64,000 nt of DNA from an uncultured Acidobacteriota bacterium. GTDB lineage: Bacteria; Acidobacteriota; Terriglobia; Acidiferrales; UBA7541. Within the stretch, counting starts at the first letter, position 1. Each line of letters opens with the position of its first letter. The notes below the pieces were generated by a model. The model did no database searches. It was not told where the DNA came from and saw nothing but the letters and a program-made list of their open reading frames with translations. The position numbers and the translations under genes were made by a program. Shown here one piece after another: positions 49,114-58,190 of the stretch. The stretch spans positions 100,330-164,329 of the forward strand of contig CAWAFN010000005.1 of assembly GCA_963781385.1 (NCBI GenBank), in the 5' to 3' direction.

Positions 49114-50001
49114 ATGCGCGCGAATGTCGCCGGTTTGTGCTTGTCTTTGCTTTTCGGTGCAGCAACTTGCATGGGACAACAAGTTCCCATCGCAAATCAA
49201 CCTACCTACAAAGCGGTTACCCAGCCGTGGAATTCGACGATCTATTGCTCCGGCTTCTACACGGATCAAAAGGTCGCGGACGATATTCGCCTGGTGACCG
49301 GCGAGCAGTCTGAATACAAGATCACCTTTGCAACAGCGGACACGGTCTACCTGAGCAAGGGTGCCAGCCAAGGTGTGAAGGAAGGCGACAAGTTCTCCGT
49401 AGTTCGCGAAGAAAAAGACCCACTGAGGGTCGGTTGGTTCAAGTGGCAAGAAAAGTTGACCAATGCCATGGGAACGCACTACCTGGACCTCGGTCAGGTC
49501 GAAGTCGTAAAAGTTTTGCCGAACATGGCGATCGCAAAGGTTTCGACCAGTTGCGAATACATGCAGCGCGGTGACATTGTTCGCCCGTTCGTGGAGCGCC
49601 CGATCGGCCCCTTCAAGGACCCGGCGACGTTTGACAACCTTGCTCCCGTGAGCGGGAAGCCGGTGGCGATGGTGGTTCGCGGCAGGGACACGGCACAAAT
49701 GTCCGGCCGGTTTAACACGATTTATGTGAATCTCGGAACCAGCCAGGGCGTGAAGGTGGGCGACTACTTCCGCATTTTCCGTTACCAGGGAACGCGCGCA
49801 GAAACGATTCCGGTCGAAAAAAATTACCAAGACCGGATCTATGGCTTCGGCAGCAACCCGAAAAATTACACCTGGAACGACCTACCGCGTGAAGTTCTGG
49901 GCGAAGGAATCGTGCTGAATACCAGCCCGAATTCTTCGACGGTACTGATCACCGTTTCCAGAAATGAAGTGTACGCAGGCGATTACGTCGAAATCGAATA
50001 G
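49114..50001 (+). CDS. Exported hypothetical protein with two related beta-domains (FlgT C-terminal-like)
   Basis: AAGGAG RBS, signal peptide; internal repeat VYLSKGASQGVKEGDKFSV / IYVNLGTSQGVKVGDYFRI. Confidence 0.75.
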   Translation: MRANVAGLCLSLLFGAATCMGQQVPIANQPTYKAVTQPWNSTIYCSGFYTDQKVADDIRLVTGEQSEYKITFATADTVYLSKGASQGVKEGDKFSVVREEKDPLRVGWFKWQEKLTNAMGTHYLDLGQVEVVKVLPNMAIAKVSTSCEYMQRGDIVRPFVERPIGPFKDPATFDNLAPVSGKPVAMVVRGRDTAQMSGRFNTIYVNLGTSQGVKVGDYFRIFRYQGTRAETIPVEKNYQDRIYGFGSNPKNYTWNDLPREVLGEGIVLNTSPNSSTVLITVSRNEVYAGDYVEIE

Positions 50002-50176
50002 TTCAACGAGTATCTGAAACGTCCCGTTTCTGCCCGCGAGGCCAAGCTTCGCGGGCATTTTTGCTTTCAGCAACTCCTCCAACATTTGCATGAAGCGCGA
50101 AGCGTTGCAATCGAGCGTGCGCATTCATCGATTGAGGAAAATGCGGAAGAATCCGGAGAGAACTTCTGGGAAGGAT

Positions 50177-50803
50177 TCAGGAAGGAACTACGTCTTCGGA
50201 CTTGGCATGCGCTTCCATCATGCGCAGCTTCTTGCGTTGCTTGATGCGGCCGTCGAGCTGGTTCCAGAAACGGAAGAAGTATTGCGCCGCGGAGATCAGG
50301 GCACTCGCTACGACCAGCCAGAGCAATACTCGTCCGATCAGCTTCAGGGAAGGATGAGTTGCTCCGGCAATCAGCACGGCCACCGCACACACCTGCAGAA
50401 CCATCTTGGTCTTGCCGAGCGCCGACGCGGCAATAGTCATGCCTTCGGCAGAAGCGATGTTGCGGAGGCCAAGCACGGTGAATTCCCTGCCGATGATGAT
50501 GACCACCATCCACGCTTCGACCAGGTGCATGTCCACCAGAGCGATGAAAGCGGCGGAGATCAGCAGCTTGTCGGCGATGGGATCTAGTAGTATGCCCAGG
50601 GTAGTGACTTGCAGGCGGCGCCGTGCAAAGTACCCGTCCGCCCAGTCGGTGGCTGCCGCAGCCAGCAGAATCAGCACTCCCCAAAACTCGAAGCGCATGT
50701 GAAAACCCCACAACTCGACGTTGGGGCTACGCGTTAGCAGCACAACGATGAGCAGTGGGACAAAAAAGATGCGCAGCAGCGTAAGTGAATTGGGAAGGTT
50801 CAT
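50177..50803 (-). CDS. pgsA: CDP-diacylglycerol--glycerol-3-phosphate 3-phosphatidyltransferase
   Basis: MNLPNSLTLLRI, TDWADGYFARR..LGILLDPIADK, GKTK. Confidence 0.95.
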   Translation of the reverse strand: MNLPNSLTLLRIFFVPLLIVVLLTRSPNVELWGFHMRFEFWGVLILLAAAATDWADGYFARRRLQVTTLGILLDPIADKLLISAAFIALVDMHLVEAWMVVIIIGREFTVLGLRNIASAEGMTIAASALGKTKMVLQVCAVAVLIAGATHPSLKLIGRVLLWLVVASALISAAQYFFRFWNQLDGRIKQRKKLRMMEAHAKSEDVVPS

Positions 50804-50853
50804 AGGCGCATAGCGCCTGCAGCCGGAGTTGGTTCGGAATCGGCGCCGAAATG

Positions 50854-50882
50854 ACTATAAGCTCCGACATGGTTACCGTCAA
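50854..50882 (-). promoter_or_regulatory. Sigma-70 promoter of pgsA
   Basis: TTGACG-N17-TATAGT on the minus strand. Confidence 0.7.
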
Positions 50883-51315
50883 CGGCGGGCGGGTTGGCGA
50901 TTTCCGAAGATGCGGGTACTAGCAGGTTAACAGCAAAAACGTTGGCAAATCGAACGGAGGGATATACCTTTTCGTAACAGCGATGCCCCAAAGCTGTGCA
51001 AAAGCAGAAAAGCGGTTTGCCCCGGAGTTTGCACGACCCGGCTCGTTCACCATCCATTAACCTCCATTAACTTACTGCAATTTCAACAAGATACGGATGC
51101 ATTAAAATTCGGCGAATACGGTCCGTGAATGGAAGGATAACGCTTCAACAAACTGCGAATCGGGAATTTCCACAAGGATTTCCACTGGTGGCCTGGGTGG
51201 GCCAGCAGGGGGATGGGCGGGAAAATTGCGCCGAAAATCAGGTGTTTTTGTGTAAATTTCGATGATTACTCGAATATAACAATGGAGTTTCGGCCCGATC
51301 CGCTCTGCGGACACT

Positions 51316-51516
51316 CTAGATTGCGCGCGGTCCACGCAGCAAGCGCACCGGTAACATGAAAATGGCGGTTAGCAACGCAAACACACCGTGCAGCGTGATA
51401 CCCACGATGCGGAACGGAATACTCAGTAGCCAGACAAACGGATAGGCGATCAGCGCAAGCAATGCCAGCGGCCAACACAGCACAAACAGAATGCACCAGA
51501 GAATAAATCCGACCAT
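51316..51516 (-). CDS. Small hydrophobic membrane protein (66 aa)
   Basis: MVGFILWCILFVLCWPLALLALIAYPFVWLLSIPFRIVG...; GAGGG upstream. Confidence 0.7.
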   Translation of the reverse strand: MVGFILWCILFVLCWPLALLALIAYPFVWLLSIPFRIVGITLHGVFALLTAIFMLPVRLLRGPRAI

Positions 51517-51553
51517 AGTGATTCCCTCTCTGCACATGAAACGAAAACGAATC

Positions 51554-52921
51554 CTAAAAAGTTCCGCTGACGGCAAAATCCTGAAGCTTGAGGCGGCGTG
51601 CCATGGAAACGGGAACTTCGGCGTCGAGCAGCATGTGCGAATCCTTGAGTTCCGAGTGAAAGACGTGACCGAGGGCATGGACGAGGGCGAGGGTGCGGCC
51701 TTCGCTTAGAGGGAGGCGCAACGAAAGTTTTACTATGGGATCCACGGGAAGCGCTTCATCCATGCGACTCAGCAATTGGTCGAGTCCCTCACCGGTGAGA
51801 GAAGAAACGAGAACGGGTGGAGTATTTTCCGCGGAGTGGGCGATGGACTTTTTCAGTTCCAGAAGTTCTTCGGCTGCAAGCAAATCCATTTTGTTCCAGA
51901 CGCGAAGCGCGGGCCTGCCGGAAACACCGAGTTCATCGAGAATCTTGTTTACAGCTCCATCGAGTTCCTGATGGCGCGGGCTGGAAATATCGGTGACATG
52001 CAGGATTACTGCCGCTTCCTGAACTTCTTCGAGGGTGGCGCGGAATGCGTTCATCAGGCCTTTCGGCAAATCGCGAATAAATCCGACGGTGTCGGAAAGG
52101 AGCACACGACGCCCGGAGGGCAGACGTAGCGCGCGAATGGTGGGGTCCAGCGTGGCGAACATGCGGGAAGAAACGAGAACTTCAGCACGGCTGAGCGCAT
52201 TAAATAAAGTGGATTTTCCGGCGTTGGTGTAGCCCACCAGCGCAATGGTGCCAAGCGGAACGGCGTTGCGAGCTTCGCGGCGAAGCGCGCGTTGCTTGCG
52301 CACATCCTCAATGCTGTTTTCAATTTTGCTGACGCGATCTCGAATGCGGCGGCGATCGGTTTCGAGCTTTTTCTCTCCAGGACCGCGGACGCCGATGCGG
52401 CCGCCTCCCCCGCCGGCTCCGCCCGCGCCGCCCGCGCCTTTGCCGCCCTGGCGAGAGAGTGATGTGCCCTTTCCAGTGAGACGTGGAAGCATGTAATTGA
52501 GCTGAGCAAGTTCCACTTGCAGCTGCCCTTCGCGGCTGCGCGCGTGTTTGGCAAAAATATCGAGGATTAGTTGCGTGCGATCAATTACGCGGCATTCGGT
52601 ATGTGCTTCGATATTCCGTTGCTGCACCGGCGAAAGTTCGCTATCGAAAATAATGAGCGGAGCATCTTTTACGATCGCTTCGGCTTTTATTTCATCGAGC
52701 TTTCCGCGACCTACCAGTGTTGCCGGATCAGCTTTATCGCGAAGCTGAAACACTGTTCCGGCAATGCAGGCCCCAGCGCTACGCGCGAGTTCGACCAATT
52801 CGGCCAAGGATTCGCGTTCCACCGCGCCGGCAGCGACTCCGGGGATGCGGCGAGCGCGCTTCCATGCGACGCCGATGAGCAATGCGCGCTCGGTGGATGG
52901 CACAGCTTGGGAAGTTTTCAT
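51554..52921 (-). CDS. hflX: Ribosome-splitting GTPase HflX
   Basis: IDRTQLILDIFAKHA, GEKKLETDRR, GYTNAGKS, FATLDPT, DTVGF, NKMD. Confidence 0.97.
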   Translation of the reverse strand: MKTSQAVPSTERALLIGVAWKRARRIPGVAAGAVERESLAELVELARSAGACIAGTVFQLRDKADPATLVGRGKLDEIKAEAIVKDAPLIIFDSELSPVQQRNIEAHTECRVIDRTQLILDIFAKHARSREGQLQVELAQLNYMLPRLTGKGTSLSRQGGKGAGGAGGAGGGGGRIGVRGPGEKKLETDRRRIRDRVSKIENSIEDVRKQRALRREARNAVPLGTIALVGYTNAGKSTLFNALSRAEVLVSSRMFATLDPTIRALRLPSGRRVLLSDTVGFIRDLPKGLMNAFRATLEEVQEAAVILHVTDISSPRHQELDGAVNKILDELGVSGRPALRVWNKMDLLAAEELLELKKSIAHSAENTPPVLVSSLTGEGLDQLLSRMDEALPVDPIVKLSLRLPLSEGRTLALVHALGHVFHSELKDSHMLLDAEVPVSMARRLKLQDFAVSGTF

Positions 52922-53031
52922 CGTTCGGTGGCGGTCGCAAAACAAGAATTCTGGCCGAAGAATTGCGAAACCAGCTTCAGTATACGCCGCCGAAACGAGT
53001 TGCGCGAAATGCGGAGTAAGGTTTTGACCCG

Positions 53032-53985
53032 CTAGACGAGTGTATTTATCGGGCCGATCAACCATTCGTTGGCCGCCATTTGGACCGAAGGCTCATCACC
53101 GAAACCGAAGAGCCAGTGGACATTGGCTTCGCGGCGAAACCAGGTGAGCTGGCGTTTGGCGTACTGTCGAGTGCCCTGCTGGATGGCGGAGCGAGCAGCG
53201 TCGAGCGTAATTTCTCCGCGGAGTTGGCTGCGCAGCTCACGATAACCGATGAATTGAAAAGGCTTGGCGTCGTCAGATAATCCGCTGGCGAGGAGTTGCG
53301 CTACTTCCTGCAGCCAGCCTGCTTGCAGCATTGCATCGGTGCGCCGGCGGATGCGTTCGACGAGCGCATCGCGGTCAGGAGCCAACCCGATTTTGATGAC
53401 GCGCCAGCCGGCGAGCGGGGTTCGTCCGGAGCGATGCACTTCGGTTAGCGGCTTCTGCGTGAGCAAGCAAATTTCAATGGCACGAATCAGCTTTTGTTGG
53501 TCGGAAGGATTGATGGCCTTGGCAGCTTCAGGATCAAGGTGGGCGAGCATTCCGTGCAGGTGTCCCGTACCGTGTTCGAGAGCGGAAGCGCGAAGACGTT
53601 CGCGAATTTCTTCCGAGCGTAAAGGAAGATCTGCAAGGCCCTCAAGCAACGCGCGCAAGTACAGGCCTGTTCCAACGGTGAGAACGGGCAAGCGCGACCG
53701 TGAACGTAGGTCGTCAAGCACGGCGATGGCGCGTTCGCGGTAGCCTCCGGCGGTTGACGCTTCAGAAGGGTCGAGAACGTCGAGCATATGATGCGAGACA
53801 GTTTCGCGTTCAGCGCGCGAAGGTTTGGCCGTGCCGATGTCGAAACCGCGATAGAGCTGCGTGGAATCGCAGGCGAGCACTTCTCCGCCAAATTTTTTGG
53901 CAAGAAAAACTCCGAGCGAAGATTTGCCGGAAGCGGTAGGGCCGACAATTGCGACCAGCGGCGGAAGCGCAGCAGGAGAAGTCAT
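53032..53985 (-). CDS. miaA: tRNA dimethylallyltransferase
   Basis: GPTASGKS, DSTQLYRGFDIGTAK, GTGLY, YAKRQLTWF. Confidence 0.97.
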   Translation of the reverse strand: MTSPAALPPLVAIVGPTASGKSSLGVFLAKKFGGEVLACDSTQLYRGFDIGTAKPSRAERETVSHHMLDVLDPSEASTAGGYRERAIAVLDDLRSRSRLPVLTVGTGLYLRALLEGLADLPLRSEEIRERLRASALEHGTGHLHGMLAHLDPEAAKAINPSDQQKLIRAIEICLLTQKPLTEVHRSGRTPLAGWRVIKIGLAPDRDALVERIRRRTDAMLQAGWLQEVAQLLASGLSDDAKPFQFIGYRELRSQLRGEITLDAARSAIQQGTRQYAKRQLTWFRREANVHWLFGFGDEPSVQMAANEWLIGPINTLV

Positions 53986-54099
53986 CGAAAAAGTAGATGC
54001 CAGCGGCGAAACACGCGAATGAGCAGAACGATAACGGCGAGAAGGCTGCTGCCGACATCTTGTTGGCGGACGATTTTCACGGCGAGCTTTCGACGGTTG

Positions 54100-55482
54100 C
54101 TACTGATTGGCGGCGTCGAGAGGCAGATTGTACAAGAAAATAAAGCGCAGACGAATTTCCGGGCCGGAGAAGGCCGGGGGCAAGTGGTCAAATGGGTTAG
54201 AAGAACGAATGGCGGAGACGGCAGCGCGATCGAGCGGTTCCTTGCCGGAGCCCAGCAGGCGTTGTGGGTCATCGTTGGGAACGCTGCCGTCGCGGCGAAT
54301 GCTGAATTCGAGAACTACGCGGCCACGATCGCCGAGTTGCGCGGATTCCGGCATGACGGCGTACCAGTTGCGGCGAACGCTGGCCAGCACGCGCTGCATG
54401 TAGTCGCTGAAGTCCACACCTTCGGTGGGAGTCAAGATTTGATAGGCGCCATTCATGCCGCCGCCCTGCGCATCGCCACCGCCGAGACGTCCGGCTCCGC
54501 CGACAGGCGCGCGAGATGACGGCGCGGAGAACGCGCCGGCCTTGCCGCCAGGCGCGGAATTGCGCGTCATGTCTTTCAGAGTGTCGCGAAGGGGATTGCT
54601 GGAGGATTTGGGCAGCACCAGATTCGGCTTGGTCGTTGGCGCGTCAGGCGTTTCGAGTTTCAGCGGAGCGCTGGGCGCGTCTTCCCTTTTTGTTTCAGGT
54701 TTCGGCGGAGGTGGCGCGTCTCCGGCGTTCGGGCGAGGCGACGGAGCCGACGGCAACTCGCGAACTTCGGGCTTCGGCTGAACGGTGGGAGTCGGCTGCG
54801 ACGTGGGGACGGGCGGCTCCGGCTCAGGCGGCGCGAATTTACGCAAGACACGAGGGTCTACTTTCACGCGAGGATGAGGAGCGGGAGGAGTGGGAGTGCG
54901 CAAATCTTCGAACGCGCCGGGCGGTACCAGCAAGGTCATCTGCTTGCGGGCGATTTCCAGGTCTCGCTGGGTCGGCGGACGGCGGTTAAAGAGTTTGGGC
55001 TGGAAAATCAGAAGCGCAATTACTGCCGCGTGAATCAGAACGGAATAAGCACGGTCAATGAGATTTTTGCGGCTTAGTTTTTTGGCGGCTTCTTCGTCGC
55101 CGAGGAAATTCACCTCGCCGGTGAGGAAAACGTCCTTTTCAACGAGATCGGTCGGTAGCGCGGTGGGAGCGGGAATAATTTCCGGCGAGGCGGCACCTAG
55201 CGGAACGGTGATGCGTTCGTCAAGTTCAGAAGGTTGCGGCGGCAGTCCGGATTTTTCTTCTACCTGGTAGGCTTCGGGATTGACGTCGCGAGGAACCACG
55301 AAACGCGCCGCGATGGCTTCCAGGGGCAGATTCGCAGGGATGTTTGATTTCGCTTCGAGGGCCGTAATCGGCAGGCCGGAAGGCACGAGAGTTCGATCGT
55401 CCAGAGTGGAGGGACGGCGCCGGGAAGAAGGCTCCAGCGCAGAGGGACGTGCGTCGAACGGTACCAGGCACCGTGGAATCAT
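54100..55482 (-). CDS. TonB/TolA-like energy transducer with long cytoplasmic N-terminus
   Basis: TM helix with SxxxH (YSVLIHAAV), Pro-rich linker, C-terminal RGRVVLEFSIRRDG..SG..LDRAAVSAIR..PF..LP; ATGA overlap with the upstream gene. Confidence 0.85.
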   Translation of the reverse strand: MIPRCLVPFDARPSALEPSSRRRPSTLDDRTLVPSGLPITALEAKSNIPANLPLEAIAARFVVPRDVNPEAYQVEEKSGLPPQPSELDERITVPLGAASPEIIPAPTALPTDLVEKDVFLTGEVNFLGDEEAAKKLSRKNLIDRAYSVLIHAAVIALLIFQPKLFNRRPPTQRDLEIARKQMTLLVPPGAFEDLRTPTPPAPHPRVKVDPRVLRKFAPPEPEPPVPTSQPTPTVQPKPEVRELPSAPSPRPNAGDAPPPPKPETKREDAPSAPLKLETPDAPTTKPNLVLPKSSSNPLRDTLKDMTRNSAPGGKAGAFSAPSSRAPVGGAGRLGGGDAQGGGMNGAYQILTPTEGVDFSDYMQRVLASVRRNWYAVMPESAQLGDRGRVVLEFSIRRDGSVPNDDPQRLLGSGKEPLDRAAVSAIRSSNPFDHLPPAFSGPEIRLRFIFLYNLPLDAANQ

Positions 55483-56504
55483 TGCTCGTCTTTTCTCGGA
55501 AGGTGAATCGCGGGCAAATCCGCCGCCGGATGGCTGCCCGTAAGTTGGACGCGCGCGGCGTGTTCCTGGATGCACCCCATCACGCGAGTTGCGAGTTCAA
55601 GAGCGGCACGCCCCGCCGTGCCGTTGGTCTTGGGTTCTTTGCGAGTACCAACAGCCTGCAAAAATGCTTCGAGTTCGGCGCGCAGCGGTTCGACGCCGGC
55701 GGCCGGCAATTTTTCAAATGCGAACTCCGGCTCCGGTCCGGGCTTTTTGACGCCGACGCGCATGGCATCGCGGCGAGCGTAGTCGAGCGAAACATACTCG
55801 TGCTGCTGAAAGAAACGCACTTTGCGGACGCGTTCGGTAGAGACGCGGCTGGCCGTGACGTTGGCGACCGCACCGCCGGCAAATTCCAAGCGAGCGTGAG
55901 CGATGTCCACTTTATCGCTGAGCACGGGTATGCCAACCGCTTTCACCTCGGTAACCGGCTCTCCGACGAGCGCGAGGAGAATATCGAGATCGTGAATCAT
56001 GAGGTCGTAAATTACATCCACGTCGAGGCTGCGCGGAGTGAAGACGCCGAGACGGTGAACTTCGAAAAAGAGCGGGCGATTGAGAATCGGCTCGACGGCG
56101 AGAACCGCCGGGTTGAAGCGTTCGACGTGGCCGACCTGCAAGATCCTTGAGAATTTTTTTGCGGCGGCGAGCAGAGCGTCGGCGTCGGCAAGATCCTTGG
56201 CCATCGGTTTTTCAACGAGTACGTCAATGCCGAGTTCCATCAGGCGGCAACCAACTTCGCCGTGAGCAATGGTGGGTACCGCGACGCTGGCCGCGTCGAC
56301 TTTGCCGCGCATTTCGTCGAGTGAGGAGAACGTTTGAGTCTGGAATTCTTGCGCGAAAGCGGCTGCGCGCGACGGGTCTTTGTCAAAAACGCCGACGAGG
56401 TCCGCGGAGTCCATTTCGCGATAAACACGGCTATGATTGCGGCCAAATTCGCCGCAACCGGCTACAGCCACGCGTGTGCGTTTGATTTCGCCTGCGGCAG
56501 TCAC
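55479..56504 (-). CDS. Gfo/Idh/MocA oxidoreductase, GnnA-like (UDP-GlcNAc 3-dehydrogenase candidate)
   Basis: GCGEFG, EKP, GHVERFNP, DLMIHDLD, ASRVS; directly follows lpxA-lpxI. Confidence 0.8.
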   Translation of the reverse strand: MTAAGEIKRTRVAVAGCGEFGRNHSRVYREMDSADLVGVFDKDPSRAAAFAQEFQTQTFSSLDEMRGKVDAASVAVPTIAHGEVGCRLMELGIDVLVEKPMAKDLADADALLAAAKKFSRILQVGHVERFNPAVLAVEPILNRPLFFEVHRLGVFTPRSLDVDVIYDLMIHDLDILLALVGEPVTEVKAVGIPVLSDKVDIAHARLEFAGGAVANVTASRVSTERVRKVRFFQQHEYVSLDYARRDAMRVGVKKPGPEPEFAFEKLPAAGVEPLRAELEAFLQAVGTRKEPKTNGTAGRAALELATRVMGCIQEHAARVQLTGSHPAADLPAIHLPRKDEQ

Positions 56505-57391
56505 TTCTTTCCTCTTCCCTGGGAGGCGGCAATAGGTTCCCCTGCGGCAGACGAGGTTGCTATGGGTGCAAACGCCTGAATCGTGATGTTGGCATCATTT
56601 GCGGCGGCAAGCAAAGCTTCGCGGTCAAAAAGGAGCGTGCGCTGGGCGTCAACTGCGAGCGCGGTGGCGCCAGCGGACTTCATCGCAGCGATGGTCGGGA
56701 GTCCCACGACTGGAACATCGAAACGCATGTCCTGTTCGGGCTTGCTGACTTTTACGACGACTAACGCCTTTCCGGCAGCAATGCGAGCGGCACGAGAAAT
56801 GGTTTCATCGGTGCCTTCCATAGCTTCGACGGCGACGCAGGCCTGGCTGGAGACGACCACGGTTTGACCGATGTCCATGCCGGCAATGTGGCGCGCAACA
56901 TTCAGGCCGTAGACCATGTCCGCGGACTCGTCGACGGAGGGCGAGCGGCGGGTGAGGACGCCAATGTCGGGCACAAGCGGCTTCAGGAATAGAGTCGAAT
57001 CCACCAAGTGGATACCTTCATCTTCAAGAACCTTTGCGACTGCGCCAATCAGAGAATCGGTATTTTTTCTGGGCAACGCGAACAAGAGTTTGGCCAGTTT
57101 CCAGTCCGGCCGAATCGAACTGAATATTTTGCTGTGCTTGACCTGGCCGGCCATGACCGCCTGCTTCACACCTTCCTGGTGCAAGAGGTCGATGGTTTTC
57201 GAAAGTTCGCCAAGGCTTACCCAATGCAAACGCTGGGTGCGTTGCTCGAGTTCGGGGTCGGCCTCTTCCTTGATCGCAATGACGGCCATATCAATGCCCT
57301 GGCTGCGCGCACCTTCGAGCACAAGAAACGGAAAGCGGCCGTTGCCTGCGATCAGTCCCCAACTGTTGCTATTGGATTCTGGCGTTGTCAT
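56501..57391 (-). CDS. lpxI: UDP-2,3-diacylglucosamine diphosphatase LpxI
   Basis: GLIAGNGRFP, DIGQTVVV, AVEAMEGTDETI, KPEQDMRFDVPVVG. Confidence 0.93.
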   Translation of the reverse strand: MTTPESNSNSWGLIAGNGRFPFLVLEGARSQGIDMAVIAIKEEADPELEQRTQRLHWVSLGELSKTIDLLHQEGVKQAVMAGQVKHSKIFSSIRPDWKLAKLLFALPRKNTDSLIGAVAKVLEDEGIHLVDSTLFLKPLVPDIGVLTRRSPSVDESADMVYGLNVARHIAGMDIGQTVVVSSQACVAVEAMEGTDETISRAARIAAGKALVVVKVSKPEQDMRFDVPVVGLPTIAAMKSAGATALAVDAQRTLLFDREALLAAANDANITIQAFAPIATSSAAGEPIAASQGRGKK

Positions 57392-57404
57392 TTACTTTGC
57401 ATGC

Positions 57405-58190
57405 CTACTTCACGATGCCGCGTTCGGCATTTTCAATAAATTTCACCAGTTCGCGAACGTCATCAGAATCTGAGAAATCGCTGCGCATTTTTTCGAGCGC
57501 CTGAGTGGTATTCATTTTTGCGCGGAGCAAAATGCGAAACGCCTGCCGCAAGGTTTTGACGCGCTCGGCGGAAAAACCGCGCCGCTCGAGGCCGATGGCA
57601 TTCGCGCCGAAAGATTTGGTTTCGCGTTCGGTGACGATGCGCGAGAAGGGCGGAACGTCCTGGGTGATGACGGTCGAAGCTCCGATGTAACTATAGCTCC
57701 CGACGCGACAAAACTGGTGAACCGGGGACAAAGCGCCGATGGTTGCGAAATTTTCGACGGTGACATGGCCGGCAAGCGTGGCAGCGTTCACAAATAAATT
57801 TCCGTCACCGATCTGGCAATCGTGGCCGATATGCGTATAGGCAAGGAGAAAGTTTTCATTGCCCATGCGAGTGACGCCGCCGCCCTTGGTGGTGCCGCGG
57901 CTGACGGTGACGTATTCGCGAAAGATATTTTTGTCACCCGCAATGAGTTGCGTGTGTTCGCCGGAAAATGTGTAGTCCTGCGGGTCACCGCCGACGACAC
58001 AAAACGGATGAAAAACGTTGGCAACGCCAAATTTTGCAGGGCCGTAAACGACCGCGTGCGGATGTAGGACGCAATCCTCCCCCAATTCGACACCGTCACC
58101 AACCACCGCAAAGGCACCGACGGTAACGCCGGAGGCGAGCTTGGCGGAAGCAGAAATGGACGCGCTGGGATGGATTGCGGAAGAGGACAT
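57405..58190 (-). CDS. lpxA: Acyl-ACP--UDP-GlcNAc O-acyltransferase
   Basis: Hexapeptide repeats, PQD, REYVTVSRGT, HIGHDC, AGHV, VHQFCRVG, QDVPPF. Confidence 0.96.
   Translation of the reverse strand: MSSSAIHPSASISASAKLASGVTVGAFAVVGDGVELGEDCVLHPHAVVYGPAKFGVANVFHPFCVVGGDPQDYTFSGEHTQLIAGDKNIFREYVTVSRGTTKGGGVTRMGNENFLLAYTHIGHDCQIGDGNLFVNAATLAGHVTVENFATIGALSPVHQFCRVGSYSYIGASTVITQDVPPFSRIVTERETKSFGANAIGLERRGFSAERVKTLRQAFRILLRAKMNTTQALEKMRSDFSDSDDVRELVKFIENAERGIVK

Noticed and set aside
50960-51040. GGGCAAACC on the minus strand (51014-51022), resembling a c-di-GMP-I riboswitch start
   Set aside because: The GAAA tetraloop stem and the following GACGCAAAG element are missing.
50800-51057. 85-aa minus-strand ORF upstream of pgsA
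   Set aside because: It overlaps the pgsA promoter, has no RBS and has non-protein-like composition.
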